DNA from: Octopus vulgaris
Taxonomy: Eukaryota
Assembly (NCBI GenBank): GCA_951406725.2
Contig: OX597828.1
Span: forward strand, 43,400,001-43,464,000
Length of the DNA stretch: 64,000 nucleotides
Direction of reading: 5' to 3'
The notes beneath the pieces are model-generated. The model was not told the origin of the DNA, made no database searches, and saw nothing but the letters and a program-made list of their open reading frames with translations. The position numbers and the translations under genes were made by a program. This document shows, in pieces, positions 28,322-41,774 of the stretch (the first letter of the stretch is position 1; each line of letters begins with the position of its first letter).

Positions 28322-28852
28322 CTAAAATCGGCGAGCTAGCAGAATCGTTAGCACGTCAGTACAACCCTTAGCACAACCCTTAGCGGCATCTCATCCGTCC
28401 TTACGTTTTGAATTCAAATTCCGCCGAAATTGAGTTTGCCTTCCGTCTTTCGCAGTCGATAAAATAGGTACTAATTGAGCACGTGAGGAGGTTCAATGTA
28501 ATCGACGTCGTCCCTCCGCTCAAATTGCTGTCTTCATACCAAAATTTGAAATCAATATTAAAGTAAAACTAGCGATCGTACATGAAAAAAATGGCGGCTG
28601 ATATTGTGGGTTAACCATAATTCTAAGGAAATATGAATCCTGAATGAAAACGTGTAAGCACCCCGCTACTGTACGTGGCTTGTACTATAGATCGATTAAT
28701 TTTAAGAAATTGAGGTAGGAGACTTAGAGATAGGGCTTTTTCAGTGATTTGAAAAACGAATGAATGATCGATATGCAACGATGATTTCTGAGCTTGTTCA
28801 TGAATGGAAATTTCCTTTTAGAGTCATGAACATTAATATGGATTATTTTAAA

Positions 28853-29237
28853 CTAGCAGTATCGCCCGGCGTTGCTCGGGTTTGTAAGGGAAATAACTAT
28901 AAAGCATTTTTAGAGAGTTATAGCCAAAAAATAGCAAAAAAATGGAAAAAAAAATATGGTAAATTTATTTTTGAGAGTTAAAAAGGTGGAGTTGCGTCCC
29001 CTAGACAGTCTGTGGTTTGTGTTTCTGATTCTCGACCCCATGTCGAATTTATCGATTTCTTTCAGAACTGGGAGAACTTTTCAAAATTTTCACTGCGTTA
29101 GCTTTGAATTATGACATTGGGCTATGTGTGTGTCAAGTTTCATCAGAATCGGTTGAAAGCCGTGGTCAGGGTGAGGGTACAACCTAACAGACACACAGAA
29201 ACACAAACAGACAAACTGCCTTTTATATAGAGAGAGA
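28853..29237 (-). mobile_element. Non-autonomous Helitron
   Basis: 5' TC, 3' hairpin cccgagcaacgccggg followed by gatactgCTAG; inserted between A and T. Confidence 0.85.
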
Positions 29238-29763
29238 TAATTGACCTATATGCATGCATCTTTGTGTCGTGTGTGTGTGTTTGTCTGTGTCTGGGCGTGT
29301 ATGAGCGTTTGTGTGTGTGTGTATGTATCAATGTGAGTGTGTGTATGTGTGCACGCAGACAGAACTGAGGATTCTGCTCTTTGGTTCAAAATATTACACG
29401 TATGACACATTTAAAAACACTGTTTTTGCTCATAGAAACGTCATATCAGGTTTTTATTTATTTATTTAGAGCTGCCGTTCCTATAGAGATATGTCATTGC
29501 TGACACCGAGTGAATAATTTTGAATTCGTGGGATCCCTCATGTAAGATCCAAATAAATTTCGAAAAAAGCCATTACGCATTTTCATCAGAACAGACAATT
29601 GAATATTTTCAATGCCAATCACATGTCCAAATATATTCTTGAGATCAATTACAAGTCTTTGTTTCTACTTTAAACACTGTATATCATAACTTTAATTAAG
29701 AAAGAAATCATGACTCGAGTTACATAGGAAAAGAATGGAAAATGTATTATCTAAATGTATTAC

Positions 29764-29824
29764 CTGGCACAAATGTTGGCAACAAAGTGGACGCTACTAA
29801 AGGTATCCTAGTGTGTATGTTACA
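29764..29824 (-). CDS. Candidate exon CNIHTRIPLVASTLLPTFVP (TM5-like)
   Basis: Acceptor tcttttgttgcttcag, donor cag|gtaata; 61 nt. Confidence 0.3.
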
Positions 29825-29856
29825 CTGAAGCAACAAAAGATAATTTCTTAAAACAT

Positions 29857-30115
29857 TAAGCCATCGTCACGATAGAAACCACTTTCCATTAATCACTGTC
29901 TCAATAGCATAAGAATATATAGCCCTATAAGTTCACTCAGCTGAGCAACATCATATGCTCTATTACGCACATCAAACAATGGGTATTTCTTCTTAGCTGA
30001 TGATAAACTTTTCAAAATCAGTAGTTTTCTCACATTCATAACCATACTTATGACCAGCATATTAATACCAAGCGGTCAAATTGGCTCAAGTATAGTGCAT
30101 TCATTAACAAATTGC
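29857..30115 (-). mobile_element. Relic RT of a YRDDG-type (Naiad-like) PLE
   Basis: One frame (29857-29994) reads KKKYPLFDVRNRAYDVAQLSELIGLYILMLLRQ*LMESGFYRDDGL. Confidence 0.7.
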
Positions 30116-30332
30116 TGGACAGTAAAGGAAAAAAAAATCTGCTATATCGAAATGTGTGAAACTCTCTAGTATTACTTCACACACACAAACACACCAACAC
30201 ACGCGCACGCGCACACAGATGCACAGACAGTCAGACAGACACACGCGCACACGGACACACACTCACAGACGCACGCTCATCCTCACATGCTCATATACAT
30301 ATCATACATCAAAATGTGCATCTATCTATCTA

Positions 30333-30372
<40 letters not shown>

Positions 30373-30730
30373 CAATCACATATACACACGCACACATGTA
30401 TATATATGGTTCATATATGTATATATATATATATACATACATGTATGTATATATACACACAGACACACACAGACACATATATACATATATATATGTATAT
30501 TTATATACACACACATTTGTATACAACGTACGTACATTTTATATACAAATACATATATACGTATAAATACGTACACTTGCGTGCATGTATATATATATAT
30601 AAGTATATATATATACATATATATGTATATATACATAGATACATACATATATATATATATATGTTTATATATATATATGTATATACACATACATACATTG
30701 ATGCATACATACATGCATATATATAAAGTT

Positions 30731-30797
<67 letters not shown>

Positions 30798-31141
30798 CAT
30801 ATATACATGTATATGATCTTACCTACTTGTCATAAAGAATTATTTCTCTCTATATCTATTTCTTAGTCGTGTTTGTGCATGTAATATTAGATATAGTTAT
30901 GTAAATACACGAAAGAAATAAATGTCAACTAAAATTCATTATTGGCATTGCATTGCAAAGTTGGTTAATACAAACAAATAAGGGAACCGTATTCATAGAC
31001 ACGCATTAATATGTAGATTCTTGTAGATATGTGAATATATTTGACGCTATATGTTAGGCGTGGTGTTAGCCTTTCTGTATAAATCCTAATTCTTGCACCG
31101 CACCTCGTTATGCTGGAATGTACTCACGAACACAAAAACAA

Positions 31142-31172
<31 letters not shown>

Positions 31173-31328
31173 TACCCGCACATATTAGATTATGTACAAA
31201 TGTATATGCATGTATGTATATATAGATACATGCATATATATATATATATATTTATATATATTATATGTATATATATATACATATGGCCGCAGCTCTTAGC
31301 TGAAAAGAGAAAAAAATATATATATATA

Positions 31329-31361
<33 letters not shown>

Positions 31362-31449
31362 ATGTATATATTTATGTATATTGTAAATATTACTGCACAA
31401 TATAATTTTATTCCGTAGAAGATGAGATATATATTACATGTGTGTGTGA

Positions 31450-31499
<50 letters not shown>

Positions 31500-31609
31500 T
31501 TGTGATGTCTATTTTTTTTTTCTTATGATAATTATATATTATTTTCATCGTAAGCTCACATTCTGTGCATATATTACTATCTGATGCGAAGATCAAAGCT
31601 ATATATTAC

Positions 31610-31698
<89 letters not shown>

Positions 31699-31980
31699 CG
31701 TGTATGTATACATAATTGTATACATACAAATACAGACAGATGAATATATGTATATATATATGTATGTATGTATATACATATTAGTGTGTGTGTATGCTTA
31801 TTTGAAATTTACAACCGTATTTGTTTATATTAAGTTTTATATGCATATTTAAATATATATCTACATGATATATATGAATATACACATATATAGTAAATGT
31901 GTTTATATATGCATACATACATATATATATATGTGTGTGTTTGTGTTTGTGCGTGTGCGTGTGTGTACATGCATATACAT

Positions 31981-32030
<50 letters not shown>

Positions 32031-32109
32031 GTATACATAAGTGAAAATATAGACTCAAATCGAGAAAGAGAGGGGAGAGATGACAGAGAGTGAGAGAAAG
32101 AGAGAGAAT

Positions 32110-32157
<48 letters not shown>

Positions 32158-32769
32158 ACAGTGTAAAGAGCGAAGACATATCGAAGAATTAATCCCCTGT
32201 TTTAAAATATTTTATAGCATGTAGAATATTACTCAATTATTTTCAGGTCTCATCTCTTACTCTTCTTCCCCAATAAAACTAACTTAAGCCTTCGGATCTT
32301 TAGGGTATACTTACCAATGAATATATATTATATTTTTTATTGGGCTTAGGGCACGACATCATGTTTAAAGAGTCAGTATATAAATATATATATATATATA
32401 ATATAATACCAGCATTTTAATAGATATATTTGTTAAAATATAGATATTGCATTTGTCTGTGCATAATCTATTTAGCAGTTTTTTTATATGTATCTAAATT
32501 GTTGATAGTCACCAAGATCATTATTAATGATATCCATATTACATTATGCAAAAAAATTTACACAAAATGTGAAGAAAAATCACATGTATACATAACAATA
32601 TATGCCTAGCGATGGTGGGAAAAATTGAAAAATAGAGTGCTATCATAGGATGGCGTATTGAGGCGAATTTATGATGGGTTCAATATAAATAAATGACAGT
32701 ATTTGTGAGATGAAGGGCAACTACATCTGAAGTTTAGATCTTGCAGTCTCATGAGTGCACAAGTACTTG

Positions 32770-33022
32770 TTTAGTTTCGAAACTAGCTGATATTCCTCTC
32801 CTTCCCCGCAATTGCAAGACACTTCCGAACATGAAATCAACTATAAACGATCGCTAGCCACTAAAGCTTTTCTTATTTTCTCTCCTTGTTTATTTCTGTG
32901 TTCCTTTCTGATGAAGAGCGTAGACTCGAAACATGAAAGACTTTCTCACTTCCAGAGCGTTAAACTAATACTTCTGTTTGCTACCGGTTTCGTCTTTATA
33001 TTTTTCTTTGTAAGTTCTCACT
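32770..33022 (+). mobile_element. pLTR-like element with hammerhead motif at 32904-32939
   Basis: cttt | CTGATGA a | gagc(gtag)actc | GAAA | catg | aaag; cleavage site mutated; 5' boundary approximate. Confidence 0.65.
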
Positions 33023-33027
33023 ATATA

Positions 33028-33414
33028 TCTTTATATATAAAAGTGAAGTTGTGTGTCTGTCTCCTACGATTTAGATTCCTAACTACTCCCACATTTTGCG
33101 GTGCAGTGTAACCAAAACCGGGTAACTTATAGTCGTGATTCATATCGAGCCCTTCTGTGTATTAGCGCGCGTCTACGATAAGTCTACGATTTAAAAAAAA
33201 ATTACCATCAATTTTTTCCATTTTTAATGCATTTTTGGCATATATAAGGGAAGTAACTCTCTAAAAATTTATTATTAAATCTCAGAACGTAGAAAGCTAC
33301 GGTAACACCCTTGGTGGTTAGCCATATTGAGATGGCTATTATACTTTACATCTCTAAAAATGCTCATATAGTTATTTCCCTTACAAACCCGAGCAACGCC
33401 GGGCGATACTGCTA

Positions 33415-33415
<1 letters not shown>
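33028..33415 (+). mobile_element. Non-autonomous Helitron
   Basis: A|TC start; same 3' hairpin and CTAG|T end as 28853-29237; different interior. Confidence 0.85.
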
Positions 33416-33450
<35 letters not shown>

Positions 33451-33456
33451 CAAAAG

Positions 33457-33494
33457 CTGTTACTCAGAGTTTCACGTTCCCGATCGTCGGACAG
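33457..33494 (-). ncRNA. Hammerhead motif (U4C core CCGACGA), left arm of an inverted pair
   Basis: ctgt | CCGACGA | tcg(ggaa)cgt | GAAA | ctctgag TA | acag; first stem II pair mismatched. Confidence 0.55.
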
Positions 33495-33532
33495 TTTTGT
33501 TAAAATGGAACATGTTAACATTTTGACATGTT

Positions 33533-33586
<54 letters not shown>

Positions 33587-33611
33587 GGAACATGTTAACA
33601 TTTTAACAAAA

Positions 33612-33649
33612 CTGTCTGATGAACGGGAACGTGAAACTCTGAGTAGCAG
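33612..33649 (+). ncRNA. Minimal type-I hammerhead with canonical core
   Basis: ctgt | CTGATGA | acg(ggaa)cgt | GAAA | ctctgag TA | gcag; predicted cleavage after 33645. Confidence 0.75.
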
Positions 33650-33681
33650 CTTTTGTTATATTTCTGCTGCTTTTATATAAA

Positions 33682-33717
<36 letters not shown>

Positions 33718-34194
33718 TTTTATAATTTTCTTTTGTTTCAGTCATTTTGCTGCTGCCATGCTGGAGCACCACATTTAGTCGAACAAATCGATACCAGGAC
33801 TTTTTCTTTGTAAGCCTACTACCTATTCTATCGGTCTCTTTTGCCGAACCACTAAGTTACGGTTATATAAACACACGAATATCGGCAGTTAAGCGATGGT
33901 GGGGGGGCACGAAGACAGACACACAAATACATACATACATATATACATATAGACATATATGTGTGCACGTGCGTGTGTGTGTACACACACAGATACAAGG
34001 TGTTAAATCGTTCTTCGGGTAACAGAAAATACAGAAGGGTCAGTTAATTATGATTTTATTCGACATATTCACATGCTTACTGTAGCTTTGCATTAGGTTC
34101 TGTAAGCCCTGGAAAAGAACTCGCAAGGTTGGGTCTCCAACAAGACTGTTCGCTATACCCTTCAAGCCAAGAATATTTCAGTACCCCCTTGGAG

Positions 34195-34238
<44 letters not shown>

Positions 34239-34240
<2 letters not shown>

Positions 34241-34461
34241 TCTTGTATTATTGTACTTATTTCAGTCATTTGACACCGGCCAAGCTGCAGCACCGCCTTT
34301 TATTCGAACAAATCGACACCAGAACTTATTTTTTGTAAGCCCAGTGCTTACACTATCGGTTTCTTTTGTCGAACCGCTAATCTCCTGGGATGTAAACACA
34401 CCATCATCGATTGTCAAGCGATAGTGTGGTGGACAAACACAGACACAAATACACACACTCG

Positions 34462-34493
<32 letters not shown>

Positions 34494-34715
34494 TTCTTGT
34501 ATTATTGTACTTATTTCAGTCATTTGACACCGGCCAAGCTGCAGCACCGCCTTTTATTCGAACAAATCGACACCAGAACTTATTTTTTGTAAGCCTAGTG
34601 CTTACACCATCGGTTTCTTTTGTCGAACCGCTAATCTCCTGGGATGTAAACACACCATCATCGATTGTCAAGCGATAGTGTGGTGGACAAACACAGACAC
34701 AAATACACACACTCG

Positions 34716-34764
<49 letters not shown>

Positions 34765-34984
34765 TCTTGTATTATTGTACTTATTTCAGTCATTTGACAC
34801 CGGCCAAGCTGCAGCACCGCCTTTTATTCGAACAAATCGACACCAGAACTTATTTTTGTAAGCCTAGTGCTTACACCATCGGTTTCTTTTGTCGAACCGC
34901 TAATCTCCTGGGATGTAAACACACCATCATCGATTGTCAAGCGATAGTGTGGTGGACAAACACAGACACAAATACACACACTCG

Positions 34985-35023
<39 letters not shown>

Positions 35024-35233
35024 TCTTGTATTATTGTACTTATTTCAGTCATTTGACACCGGCCAAGCTGCAGCACCGCCTTTTATTCGAACAAATCGAC
35101 ACCAGAACTTATTTTTTGTAAGCCTAGTGCTTACACTATCGGTTTCTTTTGTCGAACCGCTAATCTCCTGTGATGTAAACACACCATCATCGATTGTCAA
35201 GCGATGGTGTGGTGGACAAACACAGACACAAAT

Positions 35234-35266
<33 letters not shown>

Positions 35267-35267
35267 T
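34239..35267 (-). repeat. Tandem array of four ~255-bp units derived from the 3' half of SINE family C
   Basis: Units start attcttgtattattg at 34239, 34493, 34763 and 35022, separated by (CA)n; the last unit continues into the rest of the SINE to about 35390. Confidence 0.92.
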
Positions 35268-35808
35268 ACGACGGGCTTCTTTCAGCTTCTGACTACCAAA
35301 TCCAATTTACTCACAAGGTTTTCATAACATTTGCTCGGAACCATGTGCCTGGGAACCAAAATTCTTACCAAACAGCCACTCCTTCGCCTGTATATACATT
35401 ATGCTTTTCTACTCAAGACACAAGGCCCGAAATTTTGAGGGAGGGGGGCCAGTCGTTTAGATCGACCCCAGTACGCAACAGGTATTTAATTTATCGAACC
35501 CGAGAGGATGAAAAGCAAAGTCGACCTCGGCGGAATTTGAACTCAGAATGTAAAGGCAGACAAAATACCTATTTCTTTACTACCCACAAGGGGCTAAACA
35601 CAGAGGGGACAAACAAGGACAGACAAAGAGATTAAGTCGAATATATCGACCCCAGTGCGTAAGTGGTACGTATTTTATCGACCCCGAAAAGATGAGAGGC
35701 AAAGTCGACCTCGGTAGAATTTGAACACAGAACGTAGCGGCAGACAAAATACCGCAAAGCATTTCGCCTGATGTACGAACGTTTCTCCCAGCTTGTCGTC
35801 TTAATACA

Positions 35809-35928
<120 letters not shown>

Positions 35929-36143
35929 ATTCTTTTATTTGTTATTTTATTCTTATATTTGTTTTAAAAATATGGCTGCAGCCATGCTGGAGCGCACCCT
36001 TTAGTCGGACAAATCGACCCCAGGACTTATTCTTTGTGTGCATAGTACTTATTTTATCGGTTCCTTTTGTCGAACCGCTAAGTTACGGAGACGTAAACAC
36101 ACCAGCATCGGTTGTCAAGCGACAAACACAGACACACAAACAT

Positions 36144-36189
<46 letters not shown>

Positions 36190-36375
36190 ACGACAGGCTT
36201 CTTTCAGTTTCCGTCTAACAAATACACTCACAAGGCGTTGGTCGGCCCGAGGCTAGAGTAGAAGATACTTGCCCAAGGTGCCACGGAACCATGTGGCTGG
36301 TAAGCAAGCTACTTACCAGAAAGCTACTCTTGCGCCTATATATTTAACATTTAACTAAAACACAACAAACTGAAA

Positions 36376-36418
<43 letters not shown>

Positions 36419-37320
36419 GCAAGGCACACCTACATACAAACAAATCTTTATCTGAACCAAATCAAATCTTAGAATATAGATAATAATACTAATCAATACA
36501 CAACCGTATGTGTAGCAATTCATCTCATTGTAATATTCTAGAATTTATCCATATAAAAAAAATATTAATATAGCTTATATCATTTCAAAATATTTCATTG
36601 AATTTTAATATATCATTCGTTATTTGCGACGGAAATAATATTACTTGAAATTTCCATTCTGTTTGAACTATACATCCTATGCACAATGCTGTCTTGAGAC
36701 GAATCACAAAGTTTTGTTGGCTTTCTTCAGTATATCCTGTAAAGACGGTTATACAGAATGCTATTTTAATACAAAGTGCTACTACTATCCAAAAGTTTCC
36801 TACAATGCAGCCACTTTTAGCCATCACACGCAATTATTCTTGCCTCAATGGCTTATGAGTGGGCAGAAATTCATTTGAAAACTGCCCAAATATAGAAACA
36901 CAACAACCTTGACCTTTAGAGTAATAAATTCAAAATAATTCATTTTATTTATTCGTTCACAACCTAGATTTGCCATTATATTGACTCTATAATTGGTGTC
37001 CTTCCTTCAACACATACTTCTCTCTCTTTTCTGCTTTTGCCCAGCTTTATTCTTTATTTTTTATATTTTGATAAATGAAAATTTGTATTTTATTTATATA
37101 TTTGCATTTCATATTTCCGCAGCTCTTTATTTTCATCTTTAATTTCCTTCGGCGCCCTCAAACAAAAGCCATACATTGCCACATCATTCTTGTTGTTTGC
37201 ATCAGTCCACAATTTGACATATTAAAATCCCTAAACTTAAATGCCATAGAGTTTTACAACTACTACTACCGCCACCACCACCACCACCACCACCATCTAA
37301 ACTACTACTACTACTACTAT

Positions 37321-37390
<70 letters not shown>

Positions 37391-38100
37391 ACTGCTGCAG
37401 TTGCTGTTGATACTGCTAGGCAAAAAAGAAAGTACGCACCTGAAAAGTATCAAAATATAAAGCGAAAACAGAAACAAGCAAAGAAGTGATAAAAATATTG
37501 AAATGTGTGTCTGTATGTGTTTATGTATGAGTGTGTGTATGTGTGTGTATGTGTGTGTGCACAAAAAGTATATATCTACGAGTAATATATATGCATTATG
37601 TGTCATTCAATTGAATATATCTGTATTTGATAATTTGTTTTTGTAGGATTTACCCATTAAGCCAAGAGTATAGTATGAGTAGATGATTTAATATTTGTAT
37701 TAGTTAATGAAAATACTTTCCTTGAACTTTATATTTGCGAAAGTCATGCATAATTTCCATTAATCACGTGCTTCTATTATTCTTTCGTATTTTTTTCCAT
37801 GAAAGAAATTTGAGCTAAACCATGGACCTAGCTTGCACGCATCCCTATATATATTTTTTTACTTTAGGCGCAAGGCCAGAAATTTTGGGGGAGGGGACCA
37901 TTCGATGAGATCGACCCCAGTACGCTACTGGTACTTAGCGATCATAATTAGACGACTGCCTCGATAACTAACACGACGAGGACGATAACAACGATGGCAA
38001 TTAAAACGACGATGACGACGACGATGGTGATGATGATGACGAAGACGAAAACGATGAGGAGGAGAAGGAGGAGAAGGAGGAGAAGGAGGAAGAGGAATTC

Positions 38101-38104
38101 GATT

Positions 38105-38156
<52 letters not shown>

Positions 38157-38183
38157 CGACGATGATGATGATGTTGATGATGG

Positions 38184-38237
<54 letters not shown>

Positions 38238-38494
38238 CGATGATGATGATGATGATGATGTTCATGATGGACATGATGATGATCGTGAAGATGATTTCGA
38301 TGATGACAATACGCTTCTATTAGAGTTACCACTGCTATCGGTGGTGGTGGTGGCGGCTACGTTGAGAATGGGAATAATAGTGAAGATGAAGAGGAAATTA
38401 TTTAATGAGATGATGATGATGGTGATGATGATGAGGATGATGAGGATGATGACGACGATGATGATGATGATGATGATGATGGTGATGATGATGG

Positions 38495-38538
<44 letters not shown>

Positions 38539-38551
38539 GTGATGATGATGG

Positions 38552-38609
<58 letters not shown>

Positions 38610-38610
38610 A

Positions 38611-38643
<33 letters not shown>

Positions 38644-38670
38644 ATGATGATGATGATGATGATGATGTTT
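38101..38670. repeat. (GAT)n microsatellite blocks
   Basis: Read directly from the sequence. Confidence 0.95.
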
Positions 38671-39255
38671 AAATCATCGATGATAATTATGATGTTGTTG
38701 GTAATGTTACGGCTTGTGTTGATGCTACCGCAGATGACGATTTGCGAGGAGAAGGTCCATTTTTATTGATGGTGATGATGATGATAATCCTTCAGACGAA
38801 GAAGAGTCTGCTGAAAGTATGAAACAGCATGTGTACGTGAGGAAGGTGTATGATGGAAATGATAAACGGTAGACAAAAATTTTCTCATCATTAACATCAG
38901 AATTCTATAACGACTCCCATCCCTAACCATGCCTTTCCGATCCTCTTTCTTGTTATCATCGCAATTATAATTCTTCCAGAAAGGAAAAAAAAAATTTTCG
39001 ATATATATATTGCGATGTTGTCTATAGATTTGTTTTTATGAGTATTTAAATCAAATATGTAAAGTAATGAAAAATATACACGCACGTATACACACACACA
39101 CTCACACACAGACACACACATAAACACACACAAACACACACACTTTCTCTTTCACTGTCTCTCACTTTCACTCACTCTCTATTTCCTTCATTTCATATGA
39201 ATATATATTTGTCGTCCTTGAATCTGTTGCTATGACTATGTATATATGTATATAT

Positions 39256-39670
39256 AGGCGCAGGAGTGGCTGTGTGGTAAGTAGCTTGCTAACCAACCAC
39301 ATGGTTCCAGGTTCAGTCCCACTGCGTGGCATCTTGGGCAAGTGTCTTCTGCTAAAGCCCCGGGCCGACCAATGCCTTGTGAGTGGATTTGGTAGAAGGA
39401 AACTGAAAGAAGCCTGTCGTATATATGTATATATATATATGTATGTGTGTGTGTGTGTTTGTGTTTCTGTGTTTGTTCCCCTAGCATTGCTTGACAACTG
39501 ATGCTGATGTGTTTACGTCCCCGTCACTTAGCGGTTCGGCAAAAAGAGACCGATAGAATAAGTACTGGGCTTACAAAAAGAATAAGTCCCGGGGTCGAGT
39601 TGCTCGACTAAAGGCGGTGCTCCAGCATGGCCGCAGTCAAATGACTGAAACAAGTAAAAGAGTAAAAGAG
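39256..39670 (+). mobile_element. tRNA-derived SINE family C with internal (TA)/(TG) microsatellite
   Basis: ggcgcaggagtggctgtgtggtaag...ggttcagtccc head and aagtaaaagag tail; copies at 35930-36336(-), 43122-43510(+), 49802-50219(-), 54798-55200(-), 63587-63965(+), 22740-23172(+), plus fragments. Confidence 0.9.
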
Positions 39671-40113
39671 AGTATGTATGTACGTACGTAAGTATGTATA
39701 TGTACATATATATGAAATGTATGTATATATGCATGTATGTATGAAAACATTGCTTAGTTGTCCATATGTCAGAAAAAGCACATCGTAAAAGAAGCTCTGT
39801 ACAGTTTTGGTCTTGCTTTTATGCATTTGAGTAGCATAGTTTTGATTATGTCATATAACCAATTAGGAAGTCACCATTCTTAATTTGCGTCTACTATTGC
39901 ACTGTGAAATTGCGACGTCTCATCAGACATTCTGTCTCGGAACACGGTGTCTTCGCTAATTGAGGTCAAAAATACAGTCTTCTTCAGTTTCGCGGTGGAC
40001 AGCGAAAAAGCGGAAGAAAAATAAACACCATTCAGAAAGGATACGAAACGCTAACTTTTCAATGGTAAATAACGGTCACAATCTCACCAGTTATATGACA
40101 TGCCCAATCACAC

Positions 40114-40181
<68 letters not shown>

Positions 40182-40567
40182 GATCCAAGAATCGAAGTGT
40201 AGGAAGAAAGTTAGCTTCAAGCAATTCGTAGTAAATATAAAAAACAAATTCCATGGACAATAGTGGTTTATTGACACAGAAGGTTGTGGATTTGTTTTCG
40301 TACCGAAATGCAATAAATTGAAAAACCCAGGGTTGCCGGGTATGCGAACAAGAATACAAGAGTTAAGGAATCAAGTAGATAAGATCCGGGTTACATATGT
40401 TTCATAGCGAGCGGAACATCAGAAGTGGTAAATATCCAAGCTAGATGTATACCGCAGGCTATTTTTCAGGCTAAGGATATCTTGATTAAATGAACGTTTA
40501 CTTTATCCCAAGGAAGTAATGTTAACATATGGAAGATCCATACAGATCTATATTTAAGATATGAGGA

Positions 40568-40745
40568 ATTATGTACATTATTTACATTATTTACATTTGA
40601 CGGATATTTGTCCTCATCTTCTTTGTTGTTAACACAACGTTTCGGCTGATATACTCTCTAGCCTTCATCAGGTGTCTTGGGAAATTTCGAACCTGGGTTC
40701 TCATTCCTAAGGTAATTTTCGATGTTGTTGTTGTTGTTGTTGTTG

Positions 40746-40824
<79 letters not shown>

Positions 40825-41006
40825 TGTTGTTGTTTTTATTATTATCATTATCATTATCATTATTATTATTTTATTATTATCATTATTATTCAGGACACTG
40901 CCTGGAATTGAACTCGGAATCTTGGGGTTAGTAGCCCACGCTCTTAACCACTACGCCATATGACAAATATCCGTCAAATGTTAATAATGTAAATAATGTA
41001 AATAAT
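40568..41006 (-). mobile_element. Solo PLE end module (tRNA-like head, (AAT)n, hammerhead) with inverted terminal duplication
   Basis: Matches 25920-26018; 40963-41006 is an imperfect reverse complement of 40568-40611. Confidence 0.85.
40632..40675 (-). ncRNA. Type-I hammerhead with an extra A after A9
   Basis: acac | CTGATGA a | ggct(agagagtatatc)agcc | GAAA | cg TT | gtgt. Confidence 0.75.
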
Positions 41007-41393
41007 GGAAGATCCAGTCAGAAAGTGTTGAGAGCACAGAAGGAATGGAAAATATAAATGTAGATAGAAATAGGGACTGAAAGAAGGAAAAAAGGAAAAT
41101 ATGTAAGGGAGTGAAAGGAACGAGGAGTTTAAGCAAGGTCCTTTGGCTGGTGGTATTCAAGAGGGCTGTTTTGGCCGAATAACAGAAATTAGCAAGAGGA
41201 GTGGTTTTAGAAGGAAAATAATGTGGAGGGAAAAGGGTGAGGGAATGTTTTTGAAGAAAGCAAAGGAAAATGGAAAAGAATCGTGGTGGCTATTACTGGT
41301 TTACAATTGAGGAATGTATATTGTGTGCTGTGATCGTGTTTACTGTATGAAGTAGTAGAATTATATGTAGGCGTGTGTCTTTGTAAGTTTACG

Positions 41394-41762
41394 CCTCTCA
41401 AGCTTCTTTGATAACCTACACTCGCCTCCTTATGAGAGCTCAAAATCTCTCGTGGAAGCGCCATCCAACCAAAATGCAAATATATGGGAAACTACCACCT
41501 GTGTCATCTCTTGTGAAAGGTAGGAGAGTCCCGTTTGCTGGACATTGGTTGTAGAGCTGAAAAAGAAGTAATTTCTACTCTTCTTCTCTGGAAGCCATCT
41601 ACTCGCAATACCCGAGGGCGCACACTCTCCTACACTGATGTAATCTCCAGGGATGCAGGCATCCAGCAACAGGACCTCCGTAATGCCATGATGGACCGTG
41701 AAGTCTGGCGTAGCATGGTAAATTCCATTGTCTCGACCACGGTCGAACAATGATGATGATGA
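41394..41762 (+). mobile_element. RTE-clade LINE 3' fragment with (TGA)n tail and 12-bp TSD
   Basis: YTRLLMRAQNLSWKRHPT...FAGH...LLLWKP...MMDREVWR; tgtaagtttacg at 41382-41393 and 41763-41774. Confidence 0.9.
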
Positions 41763-41774
41763 TGTAAGTTTACG

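Noticed and set aside
34239-35267. CRISPR-like repeat array
   Set aside because: Long SINE-derived units with no unique spacers, in a eukaryotic context
36585-36833. Hydrophobic ORF (GNFWIVVAL) as possible TM4 of the candidate GPCR
   Set aside because: No convincing phase-compatible splice sites, and a stop lies immediately upstream
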